A stretch of DNA of 35,762 nt. It comes from a virus. Its lineage: Duplodnaviria; Caudoviricetes. How positions within the stretch are numbered: position 1 is the stretch's first letter; each line of letters starts with the position of its first letter. This document shows positions 1 to 10,120 of this stretch, in pieces. The stretch is taken from positions 1 through 35,762 of IMG/VR virus record IMGVR_UViG_3300020045_003575; one strand, written 5' to 3'. The notes below the pieces were generated by a model, which ran no database searches, had not been told where the DNA came from, and worked only from the letters and a program-made list of their open reading frames with translations. The position numbers and the translations under genes are program-made.

Positions 1-354
1 GTTACGGAAACAGCTGCAAGAAATATTGAACTTTATGCAAAAACAAATGTAGCTGCTAATTTTGGAAAATTAGGAGGCTCTATTTTAGCAAAGGAAATAA
101 CTCCTACGTATTGGATAGTTAGAGCAGACTCGGACGGATTAGCTCCTTATGCCGCTTATGTTGAATTTGGAACAGGTGGTTTAGTTCAGGTGCCAAATGA
201 ATTAAAAGAGCAGGCTTGGCTATTTAAAGGAAAAGGAATAAAAGAAGTGAATTTAAGAGCAAGGCCTTATTTATACCCTGCTTTGTTGAGAGGGCGCAAA
301 GAATATTTAAAAGCATTAAAAGACTTATTAAAAGAATATGGTAAATCCAAATAA
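1..354 (+). CDS. HK97 gp10-like tail completion/neck protein (5' partial)
   Basis: Open frame from base 1 to TAA at 352-354 (not in ORF track); motifs YAAYVEFGTG and RARPYLYPA; lies before the tail terminator and major tail genes. Confidence 0.8.
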   Translation, partial: VTETAARNIELYAKTNVAANFGKLGGSILAKEITPTYWIVRADSDGLAPYAAYVEFGTGGLVQVPNELKEQAWLFKGKGIKEVNLRARPYLYPALLRGRKEYLKALKDLLKEYGKSK

Positions 355-739
355 ATACATTCGAAAGGCTATTTACGATGCTGTAAATTCGACTTATCCG
401 TGCTTTGATACGCAAGTGACTGGAAATCTAAATCCTACTCAATACGTCATTATTTCAACACAAGATAAAGAGGATATTAATGCAACTAAATGCGGGCATA
501 GGTGGGAAGTGGCTACGTTATTGGATTTGGTTTGTATTTACAACGGTGCTGGAAATGTGGGCAGCCGTGTTGCTAACGATGATATGGAAAACACTATTTT
601 AGGATTAATTGCAAATATTCAAATATCAGGATTTACAGTATTAAATCGTGTTTACGAATTTCCATCTAATTTAGACACAAGTACATCAACTCAAACGGTA
701 TATCGAAATTTTATCCGTTTAGTGCTAACATTGGAATAA
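338..739 (+). CDS. putative tail terminator protein
   Basis: 133 aa; lies between the gp10-like and major tail genes; PCFD...QYVIIS pattern. Confidence 0.6.
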   Translation: MVNPNKYIRKAIYDAVNSTYPCFDTQVTGNLNPTQYVIISTQDKEDINATKCGHRWEVATLLDLVCIYNGAGNVGSRVANDDMENTILGLIANIQISGFTVLNRVYEFPSNLDTSTSTQTVYRNFIRLVLTLE

Positions 740-776
740 TTTAATTATATTTACATAAAATTTAAAATTTACTATT

Positions 777-1220
777 ATGAGCATCAAAGGCGAAAAAGGA
801 ATTATCTACATTTATACAGGTTCGGCCTATAAGCCAGTAGCTTGTTTAACTTCAAACAGTTTAAATACAACTGTTTCAATGATTGAATCACAAACAAAAT
901 GTTATCCGGGTGTTGTTAAAAAAACAGCAGGAACATTTAGTTACACAATCGATGCAGAAGGAGAATATATCGACACCACAACGGTTGGAGGCGATACTGC
1001 TAAACAATCTCACGATGCTTTATTTTTGTTGCAACAAGCAAAAACAAAAGTAGATTGGAAACTTGATACCAATATTGACGATGCAACATCTGTAAAGTAT
1101 TTTGGAAGTGGTTATTTAACTGATTTGAGTGCGACTTTTGGAAGCGGTGATGAAGTTACAACATTTAGCACAACCATTGATGGAGATGGGACAATTGTAT
1201 TAACAGACCCTCACGCCTGA
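777..1220 (+). CDS. major tail (tube) protein, TP901-1-like
   Basis: YKPVACLTSNSL...YTIDAEG...YFGSGYLTDLS...TFSTTIDGDG; precedes chaperones and tape measure gene. Confidence 0.8.
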   Translation: MSIKGEKGIIYIYTGSAYKPVACLTSNSLNTTVSMIESQTKCYPGVVKKTAGTFSYTIDAEGEYIDTTTVGGDTAKQSHDALFLLQQAKTKVDWKLDTNIDDATSVKYFGSGYLTDLSATFGSGDEVTTFSTTIDGDGTIVLTDPHA

Positions 1221-1279
1221 ACTAGCGTTTTTGATGAGACATTTGGAGATGAATTTGCATAACCTTAAATAAAATAAAA

Positions 1280-1726
1280 ATGGATAATACAGCATTAAAG
1301 GCGCAATTTGACAGCCAGATTACCAACAAAACGACTATAAAAAGCATAACTCCGACTGATGTTGGAACTAATTTAAAATCAATAGTTGACTACGTTGACC
1401 AACAAGCACCTGAAAAAACAGCAGGATCTATAAGTGCTACAAATGTTTCTCCGTATCCTGAATTAACTTATAGTTTAAATACAGTAGATACCAGTGGAGC
1501 AAGCGACAAAGTTGTTTTACCAACAGTTACAAAGGTAGGTGTTGAAGTATTAGTTTTTGCCTTGAATAATGCTAATGCTTTCACCGTAAGAGGAAATCAG
1601 TCAGGAACGGCAGTTTTATCACCAAATGGAGTAGCAAGTCAGTCATCAAGTGTTTCTGTCGCTGCAAATATATCTTATAGATTTATTCATTTAGGAAGTG
1701 GTTATTGGAAAGCTGAATTAATTTAA
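1280..1726 (+). CDS. putative tail accessory/decoration protein
   Basis: 148 aa, S/T/V-rich and beta-strand-like, inside the tail operon. Confidence 0.45.
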   Translation: MDNTALKAQFDSQITNKTTIKSITPTDVGTNLKSIVDYVDQQAPEKTAGSISATNVSPYPELTYSLNTVDTSGASDKVVLPTVTKVGVEVLVFALNNANAFTVRGNQSGTAVLSPNGVASQSSSVSVAANISYRFIHLGSGYWKAELI

Positions 1727-1730
1727 TTTT

Positions 1731-2087
1731 ATGAAAAAAATAAACTTATTTATAGGTAATGAATACCGAGATTTTTATTTCGGACTTGGTTTCTTGGGTA
1801 ATCTTTTGGAAAAAGAGGGTTTAATGGTTCACCAAATTGATGAAAAGATTAAAGAAAATCCATTCAAATGGGTGCCCTTGATTATGTTTTATTCAGCAAC
1901 ATTTGCCTATACTCGTAAAAATGAAAACGCTCCTTTTGATGCGTTTGATGTTTCGGAATGGATTGATGGTTTAGAATCAAATAGTACTGTAATTGTTGAT
2001 TTCTTTGAAGCGTTTAGAAACTCTTTACAAAAAGATGTACCGATGCAACAAGAGGAACAAACTAAAAAAAAAGTGACGAAAAAATAA
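1731..2087 (+). CDS. tail assembly chaperone (lambda gpG-like)
   Basis: Between major tail and tape measure genes; ends in an A-rich slippery tract. Confidence 0.7.
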   Translation: MKKINLFIGNEYRDFYFGLGFLGNLLEKEGLMVHQIDEKIKENPFKWVPLIMFYSATFAYTRKNENAPFDAFDVSEWIDGLESNSTVIVDFFEAFRNSLQKDVPMQQEEQTKKKVTKK

Positions 2088-2407
2088 ACTGGAGCGAAGA
2101 TGTGATAAGTTTCGCTTTGGGAGAGCTTAAATGTCCTGATTTGAATTTCGTTTACGATATGACGTGGGCAGAATTTCAAATCAGGCTTTTTTCGTATAAA
2201 AGACAGGATTTATATAAATGGCAAATGTTAAGAGAGATGATGTGGACAAGTTATATTGCACCTCATCAAGACCCTAAAAAAATGGTAAAAAGAAAAGAAA
2301 GTTTCTTACCTTTGAAAGGGGATAAAAAAGCAATAGCAAGTGTTACCCAAGAGCATAAAGATAATTTTATAAAAGCATTCCAAAAATGGCAACAGGAAAC
2401 AAGTTAG
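2066..2407 (+). CDS. tail assembly chaperone extension (gpT-like), probably reached by -1 frameshift
   Basis: -1 frame open from 2066 (after TAA 2063-2065) to 2407; YDMTWAEF motif; A9 run at 2064-2072 and G AAA AAA at 2078-2084. Confidence 0.65.
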   Translation, partial: KKSDEKINWSEDVISFALGELKCPDLNFVYDMTWAEFQIRLFSYKRQDLYKWQMLREMMWTSYIAPHQDPKKMVKRKESFLPLKGDKKAIASVTQEHKDNFIKAFQKWQQETS

Positions 2408-4164
2408 AAGTAGGTATAGGAGCTGATATTTCAGAATTAAAAGCAGGAATTACCGAAGCCGTAATAGCTTTAGAAAAATTACGCCAACAAAAATCTGCTA
2501 ATTTAAAGGTCGGTATTGATGTTTCCGCTTTAAATACTCAAATAGCTTCTGCAAAAGAAAAACTTGCTAGTTTACAAAAACAGGCTTCTTCGACTGCTCC
2601 AGCAATGGATAAACTTGGTAAAAGCACTGCAAATGGGTCAAATGCTTTGATGCAGTTTTCCAGAATCGCACAAGATGCTCCATACGGTATTATTGGTATC
2701 GGAAACAACATCACGGCTACTACAGAAGCGTTTGGTTACTTGAAACAACAAACAGGCTCAACTGGTGGCGCATTAAAGGCTTTAGCAAGCTCTTTAATGG
2801 GTAGTGGGGGTGTTTTGTTGGCCGTATCTTTGCTTACTACAGGACTTACTTTATTATCGCAATCTGGGTTGAGTGTCGGGGATGTTATTGATAAAATTAC
2901 AGGTAATTTTGATGAATTTGGAGGTGCGATAAAAAAAGCAAGTGAAGAAGGAGCAAAAGCGGCAGGAAAAGAAGTTGAAAGTTTACGTGAATTAGTTGCA
3001 ATTGCTCAAAATGATAATATAGCTAAAAAAGATAGGCTTATAGCAGTTGAAAAACTACAAACGCAGTTTTCTGCTTATTATGGAAATTTGTCAGCTGAAA
3101 AGATAATGTATTCAGATTTAACCAAAGAAACGAATGCGGCAACAAATGCAATATTAGCAAAAGCAGTAGCTGAAAAATTAGGCGCAAAAGCTGGAGATAA
3201 GTTTATAGAACGATTAAATGCTCAACAAAAATTTAATGATACTAAAAAAGCGCTTGATGCTTTAGAAAAAAAACAAGAAAAAGAATTGTTTAACTTAAAA
3301 AATGCTTCGGCTTCTCAAGTAGCAATTATACAAGCCAAACAATTAAATGCGAGACAGAATTTATTAGACCAAGCCGAAGAAGAAAGGCAAGCTGTTATTA
3401 GTTTAGTAAAAGAATATGACAAATTTGGAAAAGTAATTGATAAATTAAATGAAGTTGGAGCTCCATTAGATAGAAAAGCTACGAAACCAAAAACAACTAA
3501 AACATTTGATACGCCACAAGTTAGTGGTGCTTCTTCATTGATTCCTATTGATTTAGTGGTATCTCCTATAAATACCACTCCAATAGCTACGGCATTTACA
3601 GGAATAAGGGAAGTTGTCGGTCAAGAAATGATAGCAACAATGGAGTTGCTTTATAATTTCAATAATGATGTAAATGATTTGGTAACAGGTAGCTTAACAT
3701 CTACATTTGACACGTTAGGTGCTTCAATTGGAGAAGCGTTATCTACAGGAGGAAATGTGTTTCAAGCTATTGGTAATTCGTTATTAGCAAGCTTGGGGTC
3801 TTTTATTTCGGATATGGGTGGTCTTTTGATAAAATATGGAGTTTTAGCAGTTGCAAAAGGACAGCTTGATATAGCTATAGCGACAGGGGGGCCAATAGCA
3901 GTGGGAGCAGGGATTGCCGCTATTGCTGTAGGTATTGCATTGAAAGCTGTAGGTGGAGCAATTAGTGCAAAAGCAAAAGGGGGTCAAAAAAATACATCAT
4001 CATCAACAGGTTCAAATGCAAATAATTCATCATCAACATCAACAAGCGGTTATTCTGGAGGGTCTGGTTATGGCACAGTAGTTTTTGAAATAGCAGGAAC
4101 ATCTTTAATCGGTGTATTGAATAACACAACAGATAGAAACTTAAGAATAGGAGGTAGAACATAA
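2386..4164 (+). CDS. tail tape measure protein
   Basis: 592 aa, Ala/Gly-rich helical and coiled-coil with hydrophobic segments; follows the chaperones. Confidence 0.85.
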   Translation: MATGNKLEVGIGADISELKAGITEAVIALEKLRQQKSANLKVGIDVSALNTQIASAKEKLASLQKQASSTAPAMDKLGKSTANGSNALMQFSRIAQDAPYGIIGIGNNITATTEAFGYLKQQTGSTGGALKALASSLMGSGGVLLAVSLLTTGLTLLSQSGLSVGDVIDKITGNFDEFGGAIKKASEEGAKAAGKEVESLRELVAIAQNDNIAKKDRLIAVEKLQTQFSAYYGNLSAEKIMYSDLTKETNAATNAILAKAVAEKLGAKAGDKFIERLNAQQKFNDTKKALDALEKKQEKELFNLKNASASQVAIIQAKQLNARQNLLDQAEEERQAVISLVKEYDKFGKVIDKLNEVGAPLDRKATKPKTTKTFDTPQVSGASSLIPIDLVVSPINTTPIATAFTGIREVVGQEMIATMELLYNFNNDVNDLVTGSLTSTFDTLGASIGEALSTGGNVFQAIGNSLLASLGSFISDMGGLLIKYGVLAVAKGQLDIAIATGGPIAVGAGIAAIAVGIALKAVGGAISAKAKGGQKNTSSSTGSNANNSSSTSTSGYSGGSGYGTVVFEIAGTSLIGVLNNTTDRNLRIGGRT

Positions 4165-5957
4165 TGGAAAAGTATTTCATAAGAAACGACCAAACAGGTT
4201 ATTTAGTTCAGATTTTTGAAACAGGTTTTAGCGGAACATCTACAGAAATATTTGGCAAAATTTCATTTGATAAAGGAAAAGCCGATAATATTCTTGATAC
4301 CATAAGAGGAACGGGATTGAATCTACAATTAGAAGCAAATGTAAATCTAACTTTTGATGAATTTTCCGAAGCTGACGAACAAACATATAAGACAATAGTA
4401 ACCAAACACGGTATTATTGTTTTTAATGGATTTCTAAAGCCTGATGGCGTAATACAGTCTTTTGTTAGGGATGAATGGGTTGTTGAGTTGGATTTTATAG
4501 ATGGTTTAGGAACATTAAAAGATTTATCTTTTGTAAAATCTGACGGTTTTAATTATACTGGCAAAATGTCATTTTACGAAGTTATTGAGGCTTGTTTAAA
4601 AAGAACAGGTTTATCAATGACAATTAATTCATCTATTGATGTTTATTATATTGGATATACCGGAACAAACATTTTGAAAGATGTTTATGTAAATTCAGAA
4701 AGGTTTTTTAAAATAGATGATGATACAATAATGACGTGCGAAGAGGTAATGAATTCAATACTCAATCTATTGTCAGCTTGCATTACTCAACAAGATGGAC
4801 AATGGTGGGTATATAGACCAAACGACTTTGTAAAGAATGTTGTATTTACTGATAATATTTTAAATACAACATTTACGAAAAATTTATACAGAAAAGTAGG
4901 TTCTCAAATTGATAATTATTATCCACATCATAGCGGAGGTAATCAACAAATTCAAACAAAAGGAGCTATTTCTGCTTATAGATTAAATTATAAATATGGT
5001 TTTAAAACAGGTATGTTTACAAATCCAAATTTAAAACACGATGCATATTTAAATTTTACAGACTGGACAAAAGCCGCAGACCTGCACGGAATATTTTTAA
5101 TAAACGACCCATTAGACACGATGGGACTAAAAATGATGACTAAATTTGTGAATCCTGTAGAAATATTGCGATCACAAAGTTATGCAGTTATAGCAGGTAG
5201 TCAATTAGATTTGAAAGCAGAACTTGTAAATGAGGATAACGGAGTTACATTTTTTTACTTCAATGTGGTTAGGTCAGATGGATTCTATGCCGATAGTAAT
5301 GGAATATGGAGTAGTTCTTATAAGGTAGCGCAAACATCCGTAAATGGTTTTGGTTCTGCAAATTGGACATTAAAAATAGAGCCAGTACCAGATAATTGTA
5401 CTGTTTATGTAATAATTAGGTCGGCTGTTCATTCTGGTACATCTGTATCTCATCCAGTAGAAATTCAATCTTGTCAACTTATAAATAATTTTAATTATGA
5501 TGGTAGGATAGGGGAGTTTCATACTGTACAACGAAATAACGCACCAAGTTCAATTGTAAAAGAAAATCAAGAAGTTTATAACGGAGATAGTATTGACCAA
5601 ATTTTTATTGGTGCTATTTATAAAAGCGACAAAACAAGTCTTACAACTATTTGGACACGTAAAGATAAATTAGAAGAAAAAAGTTTATTGAGAATAAGTG
5701 CCGAAGACGATATGAGAATACAACAAAAACCAATAAAATGTTTTTCAGGTAGTTTTTTTGGAGAGATTGATTATCTTTCTATAGTTGAAATAAACAACGT
5801 AAGCGGATTATTTATGTTTGTAGAATATAGTTATGACACTGATGCTAATATAACAACTGGTAAGTTACAACAGTTCTATATTGACGAAGTTGCGGATTTA
5901 AACTATTCTTTAACTTTTGATTATGGAAAAACAGTAAAACCATCAATTCGTTCATAA
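4164..5957 (+). CDS. tail tip/hub structural protein
   Basis: 597 aa directly after the tape measure gene; DGLGTLKD...ITQQDGQWWVYR pattern. Confidence 0.6.
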   Translation: MEKYFIRNDQTGYLVQIFETGFSGTSTEIFGKISFDKGKADNILDTIRGTGLNLQLEANVNLTFDEFSEADEQTYKTIVTKHGIIVFNGFLKPDGVIQSFVRDEWVVELDFIDGLGTLKDLSFVKSDGFNYTGKMSFYEVIEACLKRTGLSMTINSSIDVYYIGYTGTNILKDVYVNSERFFKIDDDTIMTCEEVMNSILNLLSACITQQDGQWWVYRPNDFVKNVVFTDNILNTTFTKNLYRKVGSQIDNYYPHHSGGNQQIQTKGAISAYRLNYKYGFKTGMFTNPNLKHDAYLNFTDWTKAADLHGIFLINDPLDTMGLKMMTKFVNPVEILRSQSYAVIAGSQLDLKAELVNEDNGVTFFYFNVVRSDGFYADSNGIWSSSYKVAQTSVNGFGSANWTLKIEPVPDNCTVYVIIRSAVHSGTSVSHPVEIQSCQLINNFNYDGRIGEFHTVQRNNAPSSIVKENQEVYNGDSIDQIFIGAIYKSDKTSLTTIWTRKDKLEEKSLLRISAEDDMRIQQKPIKCFSGSFFGEIDYLSIVEINNVSGLFMFVEYSYDTDANITTGKLQQFYIDEVADLNYSLTFDYGKTVKPSIRS

Positions 5958-5977
5958 ATTTTTATTACTTTTACAAT

Positions 5978-6490
5978 ATGGAATATTACAAAGGAGAAAG
6001 TAGAATTTTATACATTAAAGTAATTGGTAGTTACCTACCTATTGCTTGTCTTACAGATAATCCATTTAGCGAAACAAGCGAATTTATAGACACAACAACA
6101 CGTGATAATAAAGGATGGAATACGTCAAGGCCAACAAATCAAAGTTATACCATATCATTTAACGGCTTACAACTAAATACAAGTGTTATAGGTGGCAATT
6201 TTTCAGTAGTCAGTTACGATACATTAAAAAAACTAAAGAGGACTAAAGCTCTTTTAGAATGGAAAATAGAAGGAGATTTTCCTGTAGTTGATTATGGAAA
6301 AGCCTATATTAGTGAAATTTCAGAAGCCAATGCGGTTGAAGAATTTTTAACTTTTTCGGGAACAATGATAGGTTTTGGAATTCCACTAATAACAACTAAA
6401 GGAGTTACTGTTTTAAATAATGGAGACCCTAATGTAGTAGTGGTTACAGACCCAAGTGCAACACAAATAATTAGAACTAAACAATTATGA
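5978..6490 (+). CDS. second tail-tube-like protein (paralog of 777-1220)
   Basis: YLPIACLTDNPFSETSEFIDTTTRD aligns by eye with YKPVACLTSNSLNTTVSMIESQTK; also YGKAYISEIS vs FGSGYLTDLS and TFSGTMIGFG vs TFSTTIDGDG. Confidence 0.7.
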   Translation: MEYYKGESRILYIKVIGSYLPIACLTDNPFSETSEFIDTTTRDNKGWNTSRPTNQSYTISFNGLQLNTSVIGGNFSVVSYDTLKKLKRTKALLEWKIEGDFPVVDYGKAYISEISEANAVEEFLTFSGTMIGFGIPLITTKGVTVLNNGDPNVVVVTDPSATQIIRTKQL

Positions 6491-7053
6491 GTATAAATCC
6501 AGCAAACATAACGACAGTAAGAGTTGACGAGTTAACACCTGATTCAATAGGTTTAACAGATTTATTACCTTTTGAAACCATTGGAGACCAGACTTTGAAA
6601 AAAGCAACTTTTCAAGAGTTGGTTAATTTTATGAATATTCATTCAGCTGCTTTTCAATATGAAATAAAAGAAATGGCAGTTAATCAATCTTACATTGATG
6701 CAAATTTTGATATTACAGGTTTAGGGATTAATTTATGTACTGGTTTTGCAATTTGTAATGGTCAAAACGGAACACCTAATTTAGATGGATTGACAACAAT
6801 TGCCTTTGGAAGTACCTATACTAATATAGGTGGATTTGGAGGTGAAAAAACACATTTATTAACCGCTAATGAAATGCCAGTACATACGCATACTATTTCA
6901 TCACAATCAAACAGCGATACTGGCTCTGGTAAAGTTTCAGTGGGTGGGCAAACTTCGGAAGGAGTTAACCCTGTTACTGATTCAGCAGGTGGAGGATTGG
7001 CTCATAATAATATGCAACCTTATGTTGTACACTTAAAAATGATGAAACTATGA
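6487..7053 (+). CDS. tail collar / short fibre-baseplate protein
   Basis: GFAICNGQNGTPNL, GGEKTHLLTANEMPVHTH and GGGLAHNNMQPY motifs typical of collar/short fibre proteins. Confidence 0.75.
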   Translation: MSINPANITTVRVDELTPDSIGLTDLLPFETIGDQTLKKATFQELVNFMNIHSAAFQYEIKEMAVNQSYIDANFDITGLGINLCTGFAICNGQNGTPNLDGLTTIAFGSTYTNIGGFGGEKTHLLTANEMPVHTHTISSQSNSDTGSGKVSVGGQTSEGVNPVTDSAGGGLAHNNMQPYVVHLKMMKL

Positions 7054-7721
7054 TAGATCCGAATACTATAACCACAATACAGGTAAGCCAATTAATAGAG
7101 GATATATTTGGTTTAAATGATAATATACCTCACGAAGTAAATGGGGTTTTAAAACGTGGAAAAATAAGTGATTTTGCTACATTTTTAGGTGGAATCATAG
7201 GGAGTTCTAGTGCTTTAGCTTTTTTGCCTATAAATGTAGTTGATGGTCAAACATTACCAAATACGACAACTAACGAATGGTTTTTAGCAGGTAAAGGAAT
7301 TTATCACCAAACAGGGGGGTATTCGGATATTGTATGCACAAAAGATGTTAACGCAATTATTGGAAATGGTTTATTTTGGTCATTAGGTGTTGAAGTAGAT
7401 ATACCACCTCCAAAGGCTATGATTAGCCAATCTATAACACAAGGAGTTATTAACTATTCTCCAAGTGAAGATGCAGTCTATAATTTTGGACTAACTAAAG
7501 TATCAAGTATCGCCTCAAAACGCTTCGCCGGTTCAGGACAAATATACACATTACCAACAGGCGCAACGGGGGCAACAGCATACATTGATGGATATATTCA
7601 ATACTTGGAAGACCCATTATTTACTGCAGACTTAAATACATTCACGCAAACAGGGAACGACATAACTTTTAAAACGACAATCGAAACTGGATCACAAATT
7701 TTAATTCAATATTACTTATGA
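7050..7721 (+). CDS. putative tail structural protein
   Basis: N-terminus MIDPNTITTIQVSQL resembles MSINPANITTVRVDEL of the preceding gene; tail module. Confidence 0.5.
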   Translation: MIDPNTITTIQVSQLIEDIFGLNDNIPHEVNGVLKRGKISDFATFLGGIIGSSSALAFLPINVVDGQTLPNTTTNEWFLAGKGIYHQTGGYSDIVCTKDVNAIIGNGLFWSLGVEVDIPPPKAMISQSITQGVINYSPSEDAVYNFGLTKVSSIASKRFAGSGQIYTLPTGATGATAYIDGYIQYLEDPLFTADLNTFTQTGNDITFKTTIETGSQILIQYYL

Positions 7722-10120
7722 AAAAACTAATTTTATTTTTATTACTATCAATCACGGCATTTGCACAGGGTCCACTTACTCCACCTTACGGCATTAAAAA
7801 CAATGTAGAAACAACAAATTCTACACCTGCTTATTTCGTAACACACGAATCGAATAATCTTTATACAAAAACACCTGCTGCAAATGTTGAGGTAACGGCA
7901 AATAAAGTAACCACAATCACTGGTTACGATACGGCTAAATACCCAAACGAAAAAGCAGCACACGATGCATTAGATTTAAAGCTAAACATTTCAGATTTAC
8001 CTACTAACCTAACCCTTTATCCAACTACTACAGCAAGCGATGTAAGTGGATATGTTGTAATGGTAAAGGATATTCACGATGTAAGATATAATACCACAGC
8101 AGTTGATGTAAGTACACCAACAGTTACAACGACTGACCAATTGGTGTCCCAAAGAATTTCTGACGCAGGCGTTTTAATAGGACAACCTGGAGTATTCAAT
8201 ATTACCACTTTCGGAAATATTCGACATTTAAGCGGTTCGGGAACAGCTACATTCTATTTTAAAGTTTTCCATAGAGACGCTGCAGGAGTTGAAACATTAA
8301 TCTGTACTTCGAGTGTTTCAGCACCCGTAACCGATGGCGGTTATTCAGAATTCACAGCATCAGGCGTGTGGAACGATGGCGATTTTGAAGCAACAGATAG
8401 AATAGTAATTAAGAGTTACGCTAATCGTATAGCGGGAGGTTCTGACCCAATTTATCAATTTCAATTTGGTGGCGTAAGTCCTGTTCGCACTTTGCTGCCT
8501 GTTCCTTTTTCGGTAGTCGATGCGGGTTATGAATTGGGCGCAAATAAACAGAATAGTTTAGCGGTTGATGGTACTGGCACTAAATATCCTACGGTTGATG
8601 CGGTTAATGCGGCACTTCCGAAAGATTATGCTAAAGTGGTATATGTTAATTCAACATCACCAAATACGGCAACAATATTTGACTTAAATAACCCACCAGT
8701 TACGAATGATAATAGTTTAAAATTAGATACAGCAAATTTATATATTGGTACAGAAGCAAGTACTTGGGTATATAACGGATCTACTTATATTACAAAGATA
8801 GTTCCGAATACTTCTAACTATTATTTAGAAGGCACTTTGACTGATGCAGGAAATAATAAAACAGCCAATATACAAAGAGGCGGAGGTGCTATATTTGGGA
8901 ACTATTTATACTCCTACGGCGAAATTGTTTCTAAAAAAGGTTCTTCTGATACTGTTCTATCAGGAAGTAATTTTAGATTGTTTAATAACGCAGGATCGGA
9001 TGGAAATATTTTTCAATTAAACGCCTCAAATGGTGTTGATTTATGGAATTATTCAAGCGGGATTTGGAATAAAAGATTTACTTTTTCAAGCACAGGGAAG
9101 TTTGGCATTGGCACGTCGTCACCAAGTGCGAATTTAGATTTAGGGAATGTTTCTGGGAATCTGATTCATATTGGCGATAGTACAACCGATAGCTATATTT
9201 CTCCAAGCTACTGGGATGCCTATAATACCGATTTCAGCTTTAATACCCATGGAGTATTTAATATAGTTTTTAACCCGCAGGGTACTGGTGGCTCTGTTTT
9301 CGCAAAAGGAGCTGTAAAAATAACAGACGCTCCAGTAACATCAGCAGGCTCTTACGATATTTTAACGCGAAACACAAGTAGTGGAGTTGTTGAGAAGGTA
9401 TTAAGTAATACCGTAGTTGGTAGTTTGGAGTTTGATAATTATAATAAATCTATATGGAATAACGGAAGCGGAAATATAGGAACAAATACTTCATTTGGCG
9501 AAGGTGCTTTAGTTTCAAATTCTACAGGTGGAAATAATTCAGCATTCGGACAATATGCCTTAGCATTTAACACTGATAATAGCAATTCTGCTTTTGGTCA
9601 CGCTGCATTATATGTTAATAGTTCAGGTAGTGATAATGCAGCTTTTGGAAACACGGCAATGACAGCTAACACAACAGGTAGTAAGAATTTAGCAATAGGA
9701 ACATCATCTTTAAGCACTAATGTATCAGGTAGTAACAATACAGCCATAGGCTACGTGGCAGGAACACACTTAAACGATAAATCTAGCAGTGCTGGAAATC
9801 CAAATAATTGTGTTTTTATTGGATATGATTCCAGCGCATTGTCTGCAAGCGATACTAATGAAACGGTTATAGGTTATAGTGCAAACGGGAATGGCAGTAA
9901 CACAACAACTATAGGAAATTCAAATGTTACTAAAACGATAATTCAAGGAATTGTAAATACTCCTAAAACATATACTGTAGCCACACTCCCTGCTGGTGTT
10001 TTAGGAGATTTTACAATAGTTACAGATGCCCTTGCTCCTGCATATCTTGGTGTATTAGTCGGTGGAGGTTCAGTAGTTTGTCCAGTATTTTATAACGGTA
10101 CAGCATGGATAGCACATTAA
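7718..10120 (+). CDS. tail fibre / receptor-binding-like protein with N-terminal signal peptide
   Basis: 800 aa; MKKLILFLLLSITAFA-Q leader; GKFGIGTSSPSANLD motif; ~17-aa N(S/T)AFG repeats; last gene of tail module. Confidence 0.7.
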   Translation: MKKLILFLLLSITAFAQGPLTPPYGIKNNVETTNSTPAYFVTHESNNLYTKTPAANVEVTANKVTTITGYDTAKYPNEKAAHDALDLKLNISDLPTNLTLYPTTTASDVSGYVVMVKDIHDVRYNTTAVDVSTPTVTTTDQLVSQRISDAGVLIGQPGVFNITTFGNIRHLSGSGTATFYFKVFHRDAAGVETLICTSSVSAPVTDGGYSEFTASGVWNDGDFEATDRIVIKSYANRIAGGSDPIYQFQFGGVSPVRTLLPVPFSVVDAGYELGANKQNSLAVDGTGTKYPTVDAVNAALPKDYAKVVYVNSTSPNTATIFDLNNPPVTNDNSLKLDTANLYIGTEASTWVYNGSTYITKIVPNTSNYYLEGTLTDAGNNKTANIQRGGGAIFGNYLYSYGEIVSKKGSSDTVLSGSNFRLFNNAGSDGNIFQLNASNGVDLWNYSSGIWNKRFTFSSTGKFGIGTSSPSANLDLGNVSGNLIHIGDSTTDSYISPSYWDAYNTDFSFNTHGVFNIVFNPQGTGGSVFAKGAVKITDAPVTSAGSYDILTRNTSSGVVEKVLSNTVVGSLEFDNYNKSIWNNGSGNIGTNTSFGEGALVSNSTGGNNSAFGQYALAFNTDNSNSAFGHAALYVNSSGSDNAAFGNTAMTANTTGSKNLAIGTSSLSTNVSGSNNTAIGYVAGTHLNDKSSSAGNPNNCVFIGYDSSALSASDTNETVIGYSANGNGSNTTTIGNSNVTKTIIQGIVNTPKTYTVATLPAGVLGDFTIVTDALAPAYLGVLVGGGSVVCPVFYNGTAWIAH
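9480..9765 (+). repeat. ~17-codon protein repeats (beta-solenoid-like) in the fibre gene
   Basis: NTSFGEGAL/NSAFGQYAL/NSAFGHAAL/NAAFGNTAM/NLAIGTSSL/NTAIGYVAG; bounds approximate. Confidence 0.7.

Noticed and set aside
7718-10120. Diversity-generating retroelement targeting the fibre gene
   Set aside because: No reverse transcriptase and no template/variable repeat pair seen by eye.
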